A stretch of 64,000 nt of DNA, from contig CM082583.2 in the NCBI GenBank assembly GCA_040954595.2, forward strand, positions 8,976,254 to 9,040,253, in the 5' to 3' direction. Shown here piece after piece: positions 1-11,677 of the stretch; positions within the stretch are counted from its first letter, which is position 1, and each line of letters opens with the position of its first letter. A program made the translations under genes and the position numbers. The notes under the pieces were generated by a model, which was not told the DNA's origin, made no database searches, and saw only the letters and a program-made list of their open reading frames with translations. Source of the DNA: Balanoglossus misakiensis. Its lineage: Eukaryota > Animalia > Hemichordata.

Positions 1-1485
1 GAAGCGTGTCAACCTCCCTACAGGAGAACTACCCAGGGGTAAAGTTGCGGCCACCCTCTCCCCCCTGTGTCAGTCGCACGGGGAGAGATAAAACGACCGT
101 GAGTGATGAGACAGTGACGCTGCCCCTACAAGAGCAATTTTTATCGCCATAACTTATCTGTTTTTACTGTCTGTTCAGTGTGTGCATCTTCGGCGCTAAC
201 GTTAAATGAGTTTCGCTTTAACAGCCCGAGTTTTTACGAGGGCGTAAAATGAAAACAACGGGAAAATATACAGGCAATATACGACGCAAACAATTACCCA
301 GGGATACTCCTGTGCGAGAAAAAGATGATTTGATGCTCGAGCACATGTAATGATTTTTTTGCTCCCACTGTATATGTAGCTTGTTTTAATGGGCAGAATA
401 TTTTGAGCGCAGCCGACAGAGTACTTACAAATTGTGAAGGCCCACAAATGAAACCCCTAATGATGGCTCGAAAACGCAGCGAGCATGATCAGGCGATAGC
501 TATGCAAACATGTAGCTGTCTCCCCGGGCTCAATTTTTACTGTGTGTTTCTGTAAACCAATATATTCAGACAGTAAAAAATAATGCCTTTTAAGGAGGAA
601 GTGTTTGTTTTGAACTCGGCTCTGCTCCTCTCGCTGGGGAGGCCCCGCCTCGTCCACATCTCAATTTCTTCCCCCCCCCCCCCCCACAAACGACATTTGG
701 GTGCATTCGAGGTGAAAGGTGCACTCGGCAGAAGGATATTAACATCACCACACAAGCAGTCACTCCACACTGACATGTCACACTCCAGCGGGCAGGCACA
801 AAGAGAACGACCAGCCACCGTAATTAGCCCGAGCAGTTGTTACTTTCTTTCACGCACGACCGCGTCAGAGTCAGGGAGTTTTTATTATATTTGGAGTCAT
901 TTCAGGATCATTTTGTCATTGTCAATTGTTGGCGCCTCGCATCTTTTGTCATGAATCTCCCTGAGCTGTCAGCTTAAAAATTCCACGCATGAAGTACTTC
1001 GATGTATATCTCTTTTCTCATTTACGCCGAATATCGCCAGTGTTTTGTATGGGAGTTACACACCATTAATTTCTCCTGCCCACCTGCCTTCATTTTACTC
1101 AATAACATTTGGTTAGCCGTTAGTGTTATTTTCTTCCCCCTTCTTCCCAGTGATAGGGGAGCTTCCCAAACAAATGTGTAGCAGTTACCGATTACCACAT
1201 TGTAGTAGAAGCCCCCTAATTGTGAATAAAAAAAACAGTGAGCCACTGTTTTGATCTCAGAAAAAAATGGCTGGTATGCCAAGCATTTCGTACGTTCCTT
1301 CCCTCCTGGACACACGTGAGAAAAAAAGCATTGTGAAATCAGCAATTTATTACGACATCCACCTGGGCATTAATTGATGTAGACACTCTTTTACCCAATG
1401 ATACTCCCGCCATAAACACGTATCAGAAAGTATCTTGAAACAGAGAAAGTGAAAGACCGGCCCGATGCGCGATTCACGATCAACA

Positions 1486-1499
1486 GCGCCACCAGGAGG
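1486..1499 (-). promoter_or_regulatory. Candidate CTCF site (cctcctggtggcgc)
   Basis: 12 of 14 match to the CCACCAGGTGGCGC core; motif only. Confidence 0.35.
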
Positions 1500-4400
1500 A
1501 TGGCTAGAGAGATTACCCCCCCCCCCCCCCCGCCCGAAACCTATAATGCTGGCTTCATGCAGCCCTTACAAGGATTAAAGCAGCTTGGTTAAGGTCTAAT
1601 AGACATATTGATTGCATACACTATACATGCAGTGCTAGATTTGTGTACTCAAGAGGGGAGAATACCCGGGATAATTTGCCGAGAGTAACTGAGGCAGAAA
1701 CCAAAACAAGCCAGATGGCCACATCTGTTAGCGTAAATGTTTCCTTTCTCGTTCCGCACGCGGCGTATCGGTTGATTATAAAGTTTGCGACACCTGAATC
1801 AGATTTTGTTTAAGCATTCAGCGACCAGAGGCATTACGTGAGCACTCTCGGCGCAGGTAATCAACACGTTGTTGCAATTTAGGCCCAAACATTGATTTTA
1901 TCGCTGCAGATTGCATCAGTCGATAGAGAGACCCATGCGTGAATTCGACTGCTGTGGTCTAATGGGATTCCTAAGCCTGTACAGGGAATTTTTTTGGCAG
2001 GAACTATTTTACGTCGCTGCACACCTTTCGTTGTCAGGGTGCCAAAAGCCACGGCAGCTGATTGGCTGAATGTGACCTGTTTCAGAAGGAACAGGCTGGC
2101 TGCTGATTTGCTGGTGGGCAGCTGTTCAAGTACAAAGCAACCAATCATAACTGTTCTTGAGACTTGAACATCGCTTACATAGTCCCCGAAGTTGTGTGTG
2201 TCAGAGTGCCAACTGATATCCGAGCCAGTCCCTACATCCGATTTCAATCAGATCGATCTGCCAGCAGTTGATTTCAAAAAGCCGAGACAAAAAGTCGGTG
2301 AAACAGACGGAAGCGTTGGTGTGGCCAGCCCGAGTGTCTGGGTTTGAATTGCACAACAAGGATACTTTCAGAGCTTGGAGACAAGTAAATGTTGAGGAGA
2401 AACAGATTGTGAAGAGGGTGCTTGTACTCCGAGATGATGAATTGTAGCGTTTGTATTGACTGCCTGCTTAAACAGTTACCGTGGAAGTTTACACTAAGTT
2501 TGTGTGGTCAGATTCCTATCCGTCAAGAGGCGTCAACAGTCGTGGCAATTTACAACCCCATTATCTGCCGGTCAGGGCTCTGGGAAAGAAATGCTGCTAC
2601 ATCATCCTCGTGCATGGCTGTGAAACATTGGGAGTCAGCTTGATGTGTATAAAAGTCGATCAGATGGTGCAGAGAAAACGTTTGAGGGATGATTGGATCT
2701 CTGACATGCACATGTGTTAACGGTGGTGTCTGATTCATACATTTGGTCAAACGACTCGCTTGTCTGGAATCTAGTCAGCGTTTTCTAGCTTAGTATTTAT
2801 ATCCTGCCTTTTCTCGGTTTTGTCAAAAAAAGACATTGTATGGATAAACATCATTTGAGCACCATCTCTTGCGTGAGTCAAAGATCAGAGGTTGTCAGTC
2901 ATCATCCATGCTGGTTTCATTTATTTAAGGAAAGCTGTTTATTATTAATATTGCAATAATATCCCTGTGAATAAAGTGTTGTGAAAATACATAAACTGTG
3001 GTAGTTTCACATTGTAATATTTCATAACCTCAGTTTCCGTACACAGTGATGTCAGAGCACCAGCACAGAAATAATTCTTATGTCAACAAGTTAATAGATG
3101 TTGGACAGTTTTACTTTGTCATGTATCCTTGATAATATCACATTATGCATTCCCGGTTCCTGCACGAAAGTTTGCCACTCTTTCCATGGAAAGTTCTTTC
3201 CTGTTTTATCTCAGATTACATGCACATGTAATTCATAATCAAAACAAGGAACTGCATTGCAAGAATATGATAGCTTGTGTACGTGTACAGGCAGGCAAAT
3301 TCTTTTTGTCTGGTCTAACGTATGGTACAGTGTATTTCTGTAAGTGAGAATGCTGGGGATGTACATTGTATTGATTTTCAGTAAAATGAAAAAGCATTGC
3401 ACATCCACTCATACAGGGATAAGAACAGAACACCCGCTTGACTGCATGGTTTGTGATGACTTCATATCCTGCAAAAAAGAGTTCGCTGAGCATAGCCGCC
3501 AGCCTGATGGACATTTAGGAAATTACCCTGCGATAGCTCTTGGGCAATCAGAAACAAGCAGTATATGCCCTGACACATCTTAGTAGTACCCCTTATGCTC
3601 ATTAAAAATGTAAGCATTTCTCATTGGGCCTTGGATAGAACCTTTGTATCTACGCGTCTCAAATTCGCACAGGCTTATTTTAAGTACTTTCATTGCTTAT
3701 ATAACTCTAAAGCTGGCTAAGGTATTAATCTTGACAGTTTTATGCAGTGTAGTTGGATACAAGCATGAAAAAGAAATGAGAACAAAAGGTGAGAGATATC
3801 CAGTTTAGGGTTGCTTGTCCCTGATGACTGGCTATAGAATGTCATGCCATTTAAGTTCCAGGGACAGACAAGTAACAGATTTCAAGGGATAAAGTCTCTT
3901 ATTTCTGATACATGATTATTTTGATTATTTTATCTTCATTTGATAGGGCTGTTTATATTGATCTATTCACTGAAATGTGCCCAATGATCTGTTGTCATGG
4001 CTCAATACACAACCAATAGATACATGGACATTTACATAAATACTTCCATCACATAATTTTTGGTCAGTACAAAAATTATATTGCAAATGTACTCTAATGT
4101 TAGACTTATGTACATCATGCAGGTTGAGTTTGAAAGACTCGCCATGTAGCACATTTCATTGAGCAGGTAAACATTATATAGTTCATCCAAAGTAATAAAA
4201 GTAACCAACATGACATCAACAGTTAGTAACTTTGTCCCTTTAAGGACAGTTGCTTGCATTTTGTTCTTTCTTGTAAGTAACTGTGGCATAATGTGTTGCA
4301 TTGATCACAGTACTGGGTGTGTGTGTGTGTATAAACGCAAGGTACAGTATGTTATATACGTCTCCGGGGAAAAAACACTAAAAGTCAAACGGAAATGGAT

Positions 4401-5866
4401 TAATTGGCCAGCACTCCACCTCACAGGCAGTAAATTAAAAGCTCACCCTAATAGTGCTGCTGTACAACTATAAAACCACCCTTATTTATTTATGGTTTAT
4501 AGTTTTACAGCACACAAGATGAAAAGTTGTGACTGTAATAAGCTGGAGGAGTTTAATTTCAGGTTTATGACGCACAGTCAATTGGAAATAAAAAATTAAA
4601 ACCAAAACTTCAGTGAAAATAAAATACTGCCACCCTTTGATGATGTAAAATTCACATTTGGACATGATGTAGAGTACACACTGTCAGCCACCCACCCATA
4701 CGATATCTTGTGGGCAGGTAGCAGACTTGGGTATAAAATGATGTGTTCTCACTTTCGAGTGAACATATAAAATGACATTGAAATTATATTGTTGTAAGAG
4801 TAGTTGTAACTTTTAATGGTGTTTTTTTCCTTGAATCAATTACTTCCAATTTGTAAAACACAATGAAAGCTAAATTCTGATACGCAGACCAAAAATGCAC
4901 GTATTATCAAAGGTTACCATGGAAATGATCTAAAACCCAACAGGAGTCGTCCTACTGTTTGAGATCCTCCTATTTTCCCCTCACTGCCTCCCTCCAACTC
5001 CTCCCCCTGTTGAATTGCCCTCCCATAAACCATCACTCACACACATTGGCCTAATTATCGCAGACACAGCCCTGCATGGCTGGCTGGCTTCCATGGTTTG
5101 TAGGAACTTCTATTTCACACTCCACTACCCTTGAGAATTGGATAAACATCTTAACAACTCGGTATTAGGCAGTTAAAGGCAGCCGGTCTGTCTTATTACT
5201 TCTAATGGCCGCTACAAGGCCAGATACAAGGGGATTTCTTTCGCTTACACACTTGGCCGAATGATCTGCGGCGATAATTCTGAATAGACCGGGCTGTCTT
5301 CCCGTTCTGTTTGTCTGCTCGCCTCCCTGTAAAAAAATTCCTGACATGTGTACCTGTAACTAGGAGACTCTGTTCAGGCTCCTGTGGAATGTCGTTCGGT
5401 TCGCGACTTCCCCGGCAGATTTGCATGCTTGGGTTAATATTGGGAAGTGGGAATGGCTAAACTAATGATCATTTTGGAAACGGGAAAAAAATAAGTCAAG
5501 GGTTGTTACATTCCCGTGTTCAGGGGTGTCAGATCAATGTCATGTAAATCTAACATGATCTCTGGATGAGTGGCACTGTGTTAGAGCATTTCACCGCTTC
5601 TCTTTTCTGAATTGGAGAAGTAGGAGAAGGTTGCTGTGTTTGTTGTGCGTTGGATCTTTCGTTTTTTCTCCTGCCTGTTTCCAAGACGCGGCAGACGCCT
5701 GTGATGGCCATGATAAAACATGACATTATGTGGGGATCGATGTTTCTCTATACCCGAGGGTAAGTGTTACCTGTACTGTTCGCAGTGTCAGACAGAATCC
5801 CAGGAGAGTAGGGATCAAAGCTGGGGTTTTTACCGAAACTTACTTACGAGATGATGAAATCTCTAA

Positions 5867-6178
5867 TTTTTAGTCCCGATATAAAACGAAGTCGAAGGGC
5901 GCAATAGATATAGCTCTGTCCGTCTGTCTGTCTGTCCAGAGCTATTATTCAGACAAGCCATGGACTGATTTTGTTTTAACGTAGTACAAGGATAACATTC
6001 TCAGATGCATGTATGCACATCAATGTATCTGAGGATATGACCACTGGGTAATATTACTTATACATGTATGATGTACATGTTTCTGTCACACTGCCAAACA
6101 CTAAACTTGCATTGTTATATGTTACTACATGGAATTTTTTTCATTAGGCCGCCAACATAGGGGGACCAAGGCTATTTA
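5867..6178 (+). mobile_element. Degenerate HINE/DINE-1-like non-autonomous Helentron remnant
   Basis: Starts tttttagtccc, carries a gtccgtctgtctgtctgtcc microsatellite at 5918-5937, and has the complementary gggac motif near 6161-6165. Confidence 0.45.
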
Positions 6179-9029
6179 TCCCACTGAAAAAATGCTAACA
6201 TTTGCCACAAACTATTCAGTCATTCAAGTGGCCTTGTTTGTTGAGATAAATGTGTATTATACATATCGCTGTGTTCCTACACACTCGATAAGCAATGCTG
6301 ATAACAAGCAAGGAGACTGAATGAGAGATAAAGTACATATATTGAAACTGTGCCCTATTCAATTATTCATGTCTTCATGTACTGCCATTTGTATTCACGT
6401 CATCCGGTGCATAAAAGTACATTAGCAGCTTCCCTCATGATCATCATGTGTTAGGGAGACGCCAATGAATCCAAGCATAATGAATGGCTAGTGTGAGCTG
6501 TCTGTGTCTAATTTCATGACAGACAACTATTTTTTTTTTTGAGGGATAATCTGTTCGGAAAGTAAAGACGAGCCTTTCTTGAAATCGTATCCCCCCTTTG
6601 GGATCTTGATCCTGATGTACAATAAAGGTTCCTTACAGCTTACAAAGACAGTTTTGAATATAAGGGGATATGAATAATAAATATGTGGATGTATTAAAAA
6701 GCTACTTTTTCTTGTCTACATTTGTGGCCTGTGTGAATGTATTTCCCCATATTCACATGATGTTGATCATCAGCTCATGACTAAAAAAGTTTGCAAAGTG
6801 GTTTGCTTATATGCATGTTTCTTCAGATGAAAAATTGATGAAAATGGAAACGCTTGGTTTGGTTGTATGCTGTGCTGCACTTATTGCTGTCATATACGAT
6901 GATCGTGTGACCACCCACTGGAAAGAAATTATCTTGAATTGATGGAAATTTGTGGAGTTGGGTCATTCTGTATGGTGTATGTATTTTCCCAGATTCTGGT
7001 CTGGGTTTTAAATTATATCATTACTACCTGTGTTGTCTGACAGTATTGGTGTAATTCTAGAAAGGGGGGAGGGGGTTGTCTTGGCGTATGGTTAGGGTCA
7101 AAGGTCATAACCTTGTGGCGTCTTATAATTGTCTAAAATAGTTTCATACCGCTGAACTCAAAATAAACAGTTCTTGGAGGCCACACTTTAGAGTATGTGA
7201 TCCACTTTTGCCCCCAGAATGAAACCAGCCAGATATGAAGTTTCCCACGAAAAAATGTTTACACTGGGCATTCCAGGCACCTCGGTTGCTTGTAAAGTTA
7301 TATGTATTAAAAGTTGATGGTGTAATCTTCGGTGCGCACAAGCACCATCCTGCTCGGGAGCCAATGAGAGAGAAGGTGGAACGCTGGGAAAATCCATTTT
7401 TCATCGGGGGGGGGGGGGGGGGAGGGTACAGTGTTGCGAGGAACAAAGATGCGGGGCCTGGGCGCTCCTCGTCGCGGATTGGAAGTGATGTTTAACATGG
7501 GGAACAATCTCTCCATTAACCAGGCAGCCATGCGTAAAGATAGCGAGAGAACTGGTGCACACATCAGTGGTGTGGAGTAAAAAGCAAAGCCGCCTTTAGC
7601 CTGATGTAAAATTTATACAGTGCTCAGTGGACCTTGCAGCTCTGCTTAATGCGATTGCAAAGCATGCTAAATTGGCGAGATCGCCGAGATAATGATGGAG
7701 ACTGCCTGACAAAGACTGATATAAATCATCGCAAACCGCTTCCTCCTTACTTATTATTTCCCGATGGGGAATTATTCCCAAAATGTTTTATTCAGTTTTA
7801 TAGCTCTTCTGAGAGATATCAAAACAGGGAAAAAAAAGGAACGGGTCACAGATGAGGAATTTATTCTGACGAAATTGCAATGTTGATTAGTGCAGTCTCT
7901 TAATTTTCGAGTATACGTGATGGTGATATTGCAAGCGTTATGCAAGGGATGCTTTTGACCTCCCAGCCCGCGTAGAATTGGAAAACAGCATTTGCTTTTA
8001 CAACCTGAAAATAATTTGAAATCTGTAAATCGTCATTAATACCTTCCAATTTTCCTCCGCTAATTAAGATGCACGATAATGGGCCAGTTCTGAGGAGAGC
8101 ATTGGCAATTAGCTGCATTGCATTATGGGAAACCGCCCCCAAACTATTAAAAATGCCCTCTGCTGTGTACAGAACCATCTCAGCATGGAGAGAGCAAAAA
8201 TAAAATCAGAAAATGCCAGAGTTGGCTGTTTATCTAACATGAAGCAATTTTATAGGGGCACACACAATGAATTTATAGTGGGAAATTGCTGTGAAATAAA
8301 GTGTACTTTCAAAAGTTATAGTCAGTGGGGGTGGCCTGTATCGATTCCTCGCGCAATTTTTTTTTTTTTTTTTTTGCTTTTAAAAAGCTATTTAACAAGG
8401 CAGCACTGAAATGTGAACTGTGTTGAACATGGTATTGGAAACCTTACCAAATAGACCATGCATTAAATGGAATATATCATTATCTGTGTTGGGTCGTCTG
8501 CATTGGGATCAACTTACATGATCTGTGTAATACAATTATGCAGCAGAGTCCTGATTGCGTCGTAGATTGCTCTGTCTGTTGAAGTAATAAAAGCACTTTC
8601 ATCTCGTGTGTCTAGATATCAAAAACTATAACTGGGAGTCGCTGGCCAATTTATCAAAACCTGGGGGTGTGTGCCTTTGTGTTCACATACAGAGGGAGGA
8701 AAGTAATGATTTTGAAACTTCTTTCAAACTTTTGAAAATCTGTCCCTAGTACTAATCTGATCAGGATCAATGACCACTCGTGTATTACTCAGCAATATAA
8801 TGAAAGAATTATCTTAATAAAGTAAAGTATCGATAAACAACGACAAATAAGACTTAAAGAGATGGCGCTGACTGAGACATGAGTGCAGACAAAGAAAAGC
8901 ATAGATCACAAATAGTATCTTCATGAGGCTACCTGTAATCACCATGACAACCCTGAGTAATTTAAAGGGACACTAGCAGTTGAAAATATTGCCTTGTTTC
9001 GTCAGGAATGATTGTTGCGTATTTTTTAA

Positions 9030-9420
9030 AAGAATGAACGTCGTAGATTTTAAGGCCTGTTATCATTCAATTAGTCAAGATATAAGATATATCATTAGAA
9101 AATTGGATGATGATTTAAGGTCAAGAAAATGCTAAGTTGTAGCTGATGGAGCTTATAAAATGAAGTCAACATGTTCTAATTTGCCAACATAGAAGTAGAC
9201 ATAAGGGTAATTTTTGCCTTTTCCGTAATGAATGAATATTGCCGTAAGAAAAGAACGCCTGTTGTTATTCAATTAGTAAAATTAAAAAAATATGTTGATA
9301 GAAAATTGGATGATAATTCAAGGTCAATAAAATGTTAAGTTGTGGCTAATGGGGCTTATAATAATGAAGTGCACTTGTTATAATTTGCCAATTACTTAGA
9401 AATTAAACATTTAAGGGTAA
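9030..9420. repeat. Diverged tandem duplication, two copies with a period of about 202 bp
   Basis: Anchors repeat at +202/+203: gcctgtt at 9055 and 9257, gaaaattggatgat at 9098 and 9301. Both copies share aaggtcaa, aagttgt, gcttata, taatttgccaa and end in taagggtaa. Confidence 0.85.
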
Positions 9421-9527
9421 GAGCTTAGATTCTATTGTCTGCTGAAGATAACAAGAAACAGAAAATATTTATGTAGTGGTCGGGGACTATGTAAGAGATG
9501 CCCCTAATGCTGTCTGGCTCGCATTAA

Positions 9528-9652
9528 GGGGACAACCATTTGATTGTTTGGGGAGGGGTGGATGGAGGATTTTAGGGGAAAATTTGTTGACAGATCGTGT
9601 GGAGGAAAAAAAATTGTCCCCCCCCCCCCCAAGAAATCAAACGGTTCTCCCC
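9528..9652. mobile_element. Tourist-like (PIF/Harbinger) MITE, 125 bp
   Basis: Terminal inverted repeats ggggacaaccatttgattgtttgggg and ccccaagaaatcaaacggttctcccc (4 mismatches in 26). TAA flanks both sides (9525-9527 and 9653-9655), the typical 3-bp target duplication. Confidence 0.75.
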
Positions 9653-10224
9653 TAAGCTGTAAACAATGTGATTTCTCAAATCCAGCATGATGTATGCAAA
9701 CGGCAGGCATCAGCCAGAGAGAGAATGAGTGATCTATCCTCCAGGGGTAAATTCAGTCTTTACAAGTTCTCATCAGGTTGCTGTAATGTCACCCTTGACT
9801 TGACTTCTCATCAGCTGGCTCGAGTCGATCTTATCGGCCGGGTGAATAATAAAGTGTCCCAGTCGACGGTTGCTGCCGATTAAACTTCTTTATGTAATCA
9901 GGATGTACAAGTGCTCAGAGACTGTTGCCTCTGGTGCGGTGTGGGGTCCCCGAGTGCTGGGGTCTGGCCGTGCAAGTTGATGAGTGTTGTGTGTAGGCGC
10001 TGACGCAGACAATGTTTATCAAGTAGGGTGATTAAATGCTAGATAAGGTACTCGGGACTGCTGATTGTTTTCTGTGGAGAAACGGGGTTCAGGGTTCGTG
10101 TTCTCCCGGAATATCCTGGAAAGTCGTGAGATTTGAAACCGTTCCTCAGAAAGTTAAAGAAAAAAATAAGATTTTGATTTTGGTTTAAAGTGACCATCTT
10201 TGTGTATTTTTTTTACATCAACAG

Positions 10225-10284
10225 GCTGAAGAAGAGGCCCGTCGGAATCAGTTGATGAGAGACATGGCTCAGCTGCGATTGCAG
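10225..10284 (+). CDS. SMG5: SMG5 nonsense-mediated decay factor, internal coding exon (helix preceding the PIN domain), AEEEARRNQLMRDMAQLRLQ
   Basis: Acceptor ttttttttacatcaacag ends at 10224 and donor gtaaaa starts at 10285; 60 nt, phase 0 on both sides. The peptide is nearly identical to the EEARRNRLMRDMAQLRLQ segment I recall from vertebrate SMG5. Confidence 0.95.
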
Positions 10285-10434
10285 GTAAAATGTGATAATT
10301 GAGATTATAATAACAGTCATCCATAGCATAAACTCTAATTCAAATTATTGTGGTCCAAAAACCTGAACAGGTATGTCTGGGCGCCCTCTCATGGACATTC
10401 CCAACAATGTATCCTTGCAAGATGCACAAATTGA

Positions 10435-10525
10435 GTTGCTAGGCAATGGTTGCCATGGAGAAAAATGTCACGTTGGTGAGCGTCGTGCATTGGTTGGGTC
10501 ACGAAGCAACAGTTGCTATGGAGAA
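10435..10525. promoter_or_regulatory. Cluster of three RFX X-box-like motifs in an SMG5 intron
   Basis: gttgctaggcaat (10435-10447), gttgccatggagaa (10449-10462), gttgctatggagaa (10512-10525). Confidence 0.45.
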
Positions 10526-10713
10526 ATAAGTGGATTCCTTGAAATATTCTGTGCGAGTTGAACTTCACACAACAGATCTGTTTCAAACGACTTATTAAAT
10601 TTTCAACTTTTCCTCGATTTTTCCCACTTTTCCTGCTAACAGCATGGAATTATATCAAAGTGGCCTCATTGCATTGAATAATAACGTCCTTTTTCTCATT
10701 CTCCCATTCATAG

Positions 10714-10873
10714 TCTGAAGTGAAACAACTCGAAGGGAGCCTGGAACCCAAGAACCAGTCCTCGAATTTGTCTCCGTATCTGGTGCCTGATGCCCGAGTT
10801 CTCAGCAACCACCTGAACATCATCCGACAGCTGGCTGCAAGCGCCAGGTTTATCATCATCATCCCCAGAGTTG
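10714..10873 (+). CDS. SMG5: SMG5 coding exon, start of PIN domain: SEVKQLEGSLEPKNQSSNLSPYLVPDARVLSNHLNIIRQLAASARFIIIIPRV
   Basis: Pyrimidine tract plus tag ends at 10713; donor gtgagt at 10874; 160 nt, phase 0 in and phase 1 out. Matches the SMG5 motifs EVxQLEGSL, SPYLVPD, IRQLA and RFIxIIPR. Confidence 0.96.
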
Positions 10874-11586
10874 GTGAGTCCGAGGCAAATCCTCCAGATT
10901 TCAGTCCCCAGTAAAATCAGTCTAGGGTGGTCCAGCTATGCAAAATCAAACTTTCAAAGAATCTCTAAAACTGCAGCAGTGCAGTTAGCAATCCTTTCCA
11001 CGGGGGAGTCGGTAGCTCTAAGGCAGAAAAGAGAAAAGGATGAGTAAGACGCAAACTGGATAGGTCGGCATCCAAAATTGGTAATTTGAGGAAGGCATCA
11101 TTGTGGGGAAAGCAGAGTATTTATTGCTTTACCAGGAGGCACTTGGCATTTTACAAAAATTATGATGCCGTATTATCTCTTGATGAAATTGTCTTTGAAT
11201 GTCAGAGTGAAAGCATTAATAATCTGGATAGTTTTCAATATCTGCTGAAAATGAATGATACTCTGGCAACTTGTCATATTACAGTTTTGAAGATTGTTTT
11301 AAGAGCAGAAATCAAATTGCTTGAAATTATGGCCATGCGGACTACTCTAGATTAATGATAGTTGAGTTTGTGTGTGTGTGTGTGCATGCGCACGTGTGTA
11401 TATACACATATACACATCCATGCCTGTCTCAATGATTTATTAATTGAAACAATATGAAAAGATACTGACAATATTACGACATTTTTTGTTGTCCCCAACT
11501 TCTTCTGATCAGCTGGATTTGCAGTTTGTGTACCTACGAAATCATAACTTTTGTCATTTGAGTTTTTAACTCTCTGTCTCTTTCAG

Positions 11587-11677
11587 TCATAGACACGTTG
11601 GATTACATCAAAAAGGCGAACCAGGGCGCTCGGGATGCTATCAAGTTTCTGGAGAAGGAGTTTCACAAAGGAAACAG
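11587..11677 (+). CDS. SMG5: SMG5 coding exon, PIN domain: (V)IDTLDYIKKANQGARDAIKFLEKEFHKGN(R)
   Basis: Acceptor ctctgtctctttcag ends at 11586; donor gttggt at 11678; 91 nt, phase 1 in and phase 2 out. Matches SMG5 VIDGLDLLKK..GARDGIRYLEAEFKKGNR as recalled. Confidence 0.96.

Noticed and set aside
5686-5759. Exon-like segment with acceptor, open frame (TRQTPVMAMIKHDIMWGSMFLYTR) and gtaagt donor
   Set aside because: No SMG5 similarity, and its phase-2 end is incompatible with the phase-0 exon at 10225. It could only be a cryptic or poison exon, which needs RNA evidence.
9902-10003. Peptide DVQVLRDCCLWCG, resembling the SMG5 VVRICCIRSFG motif expected in the preceding exon
   Set aside because: Similarity ends after seven residues, the acceptor lacks a pyrimidine tract, and the frame hits TGA with no convincing donor. 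Treated as chance.
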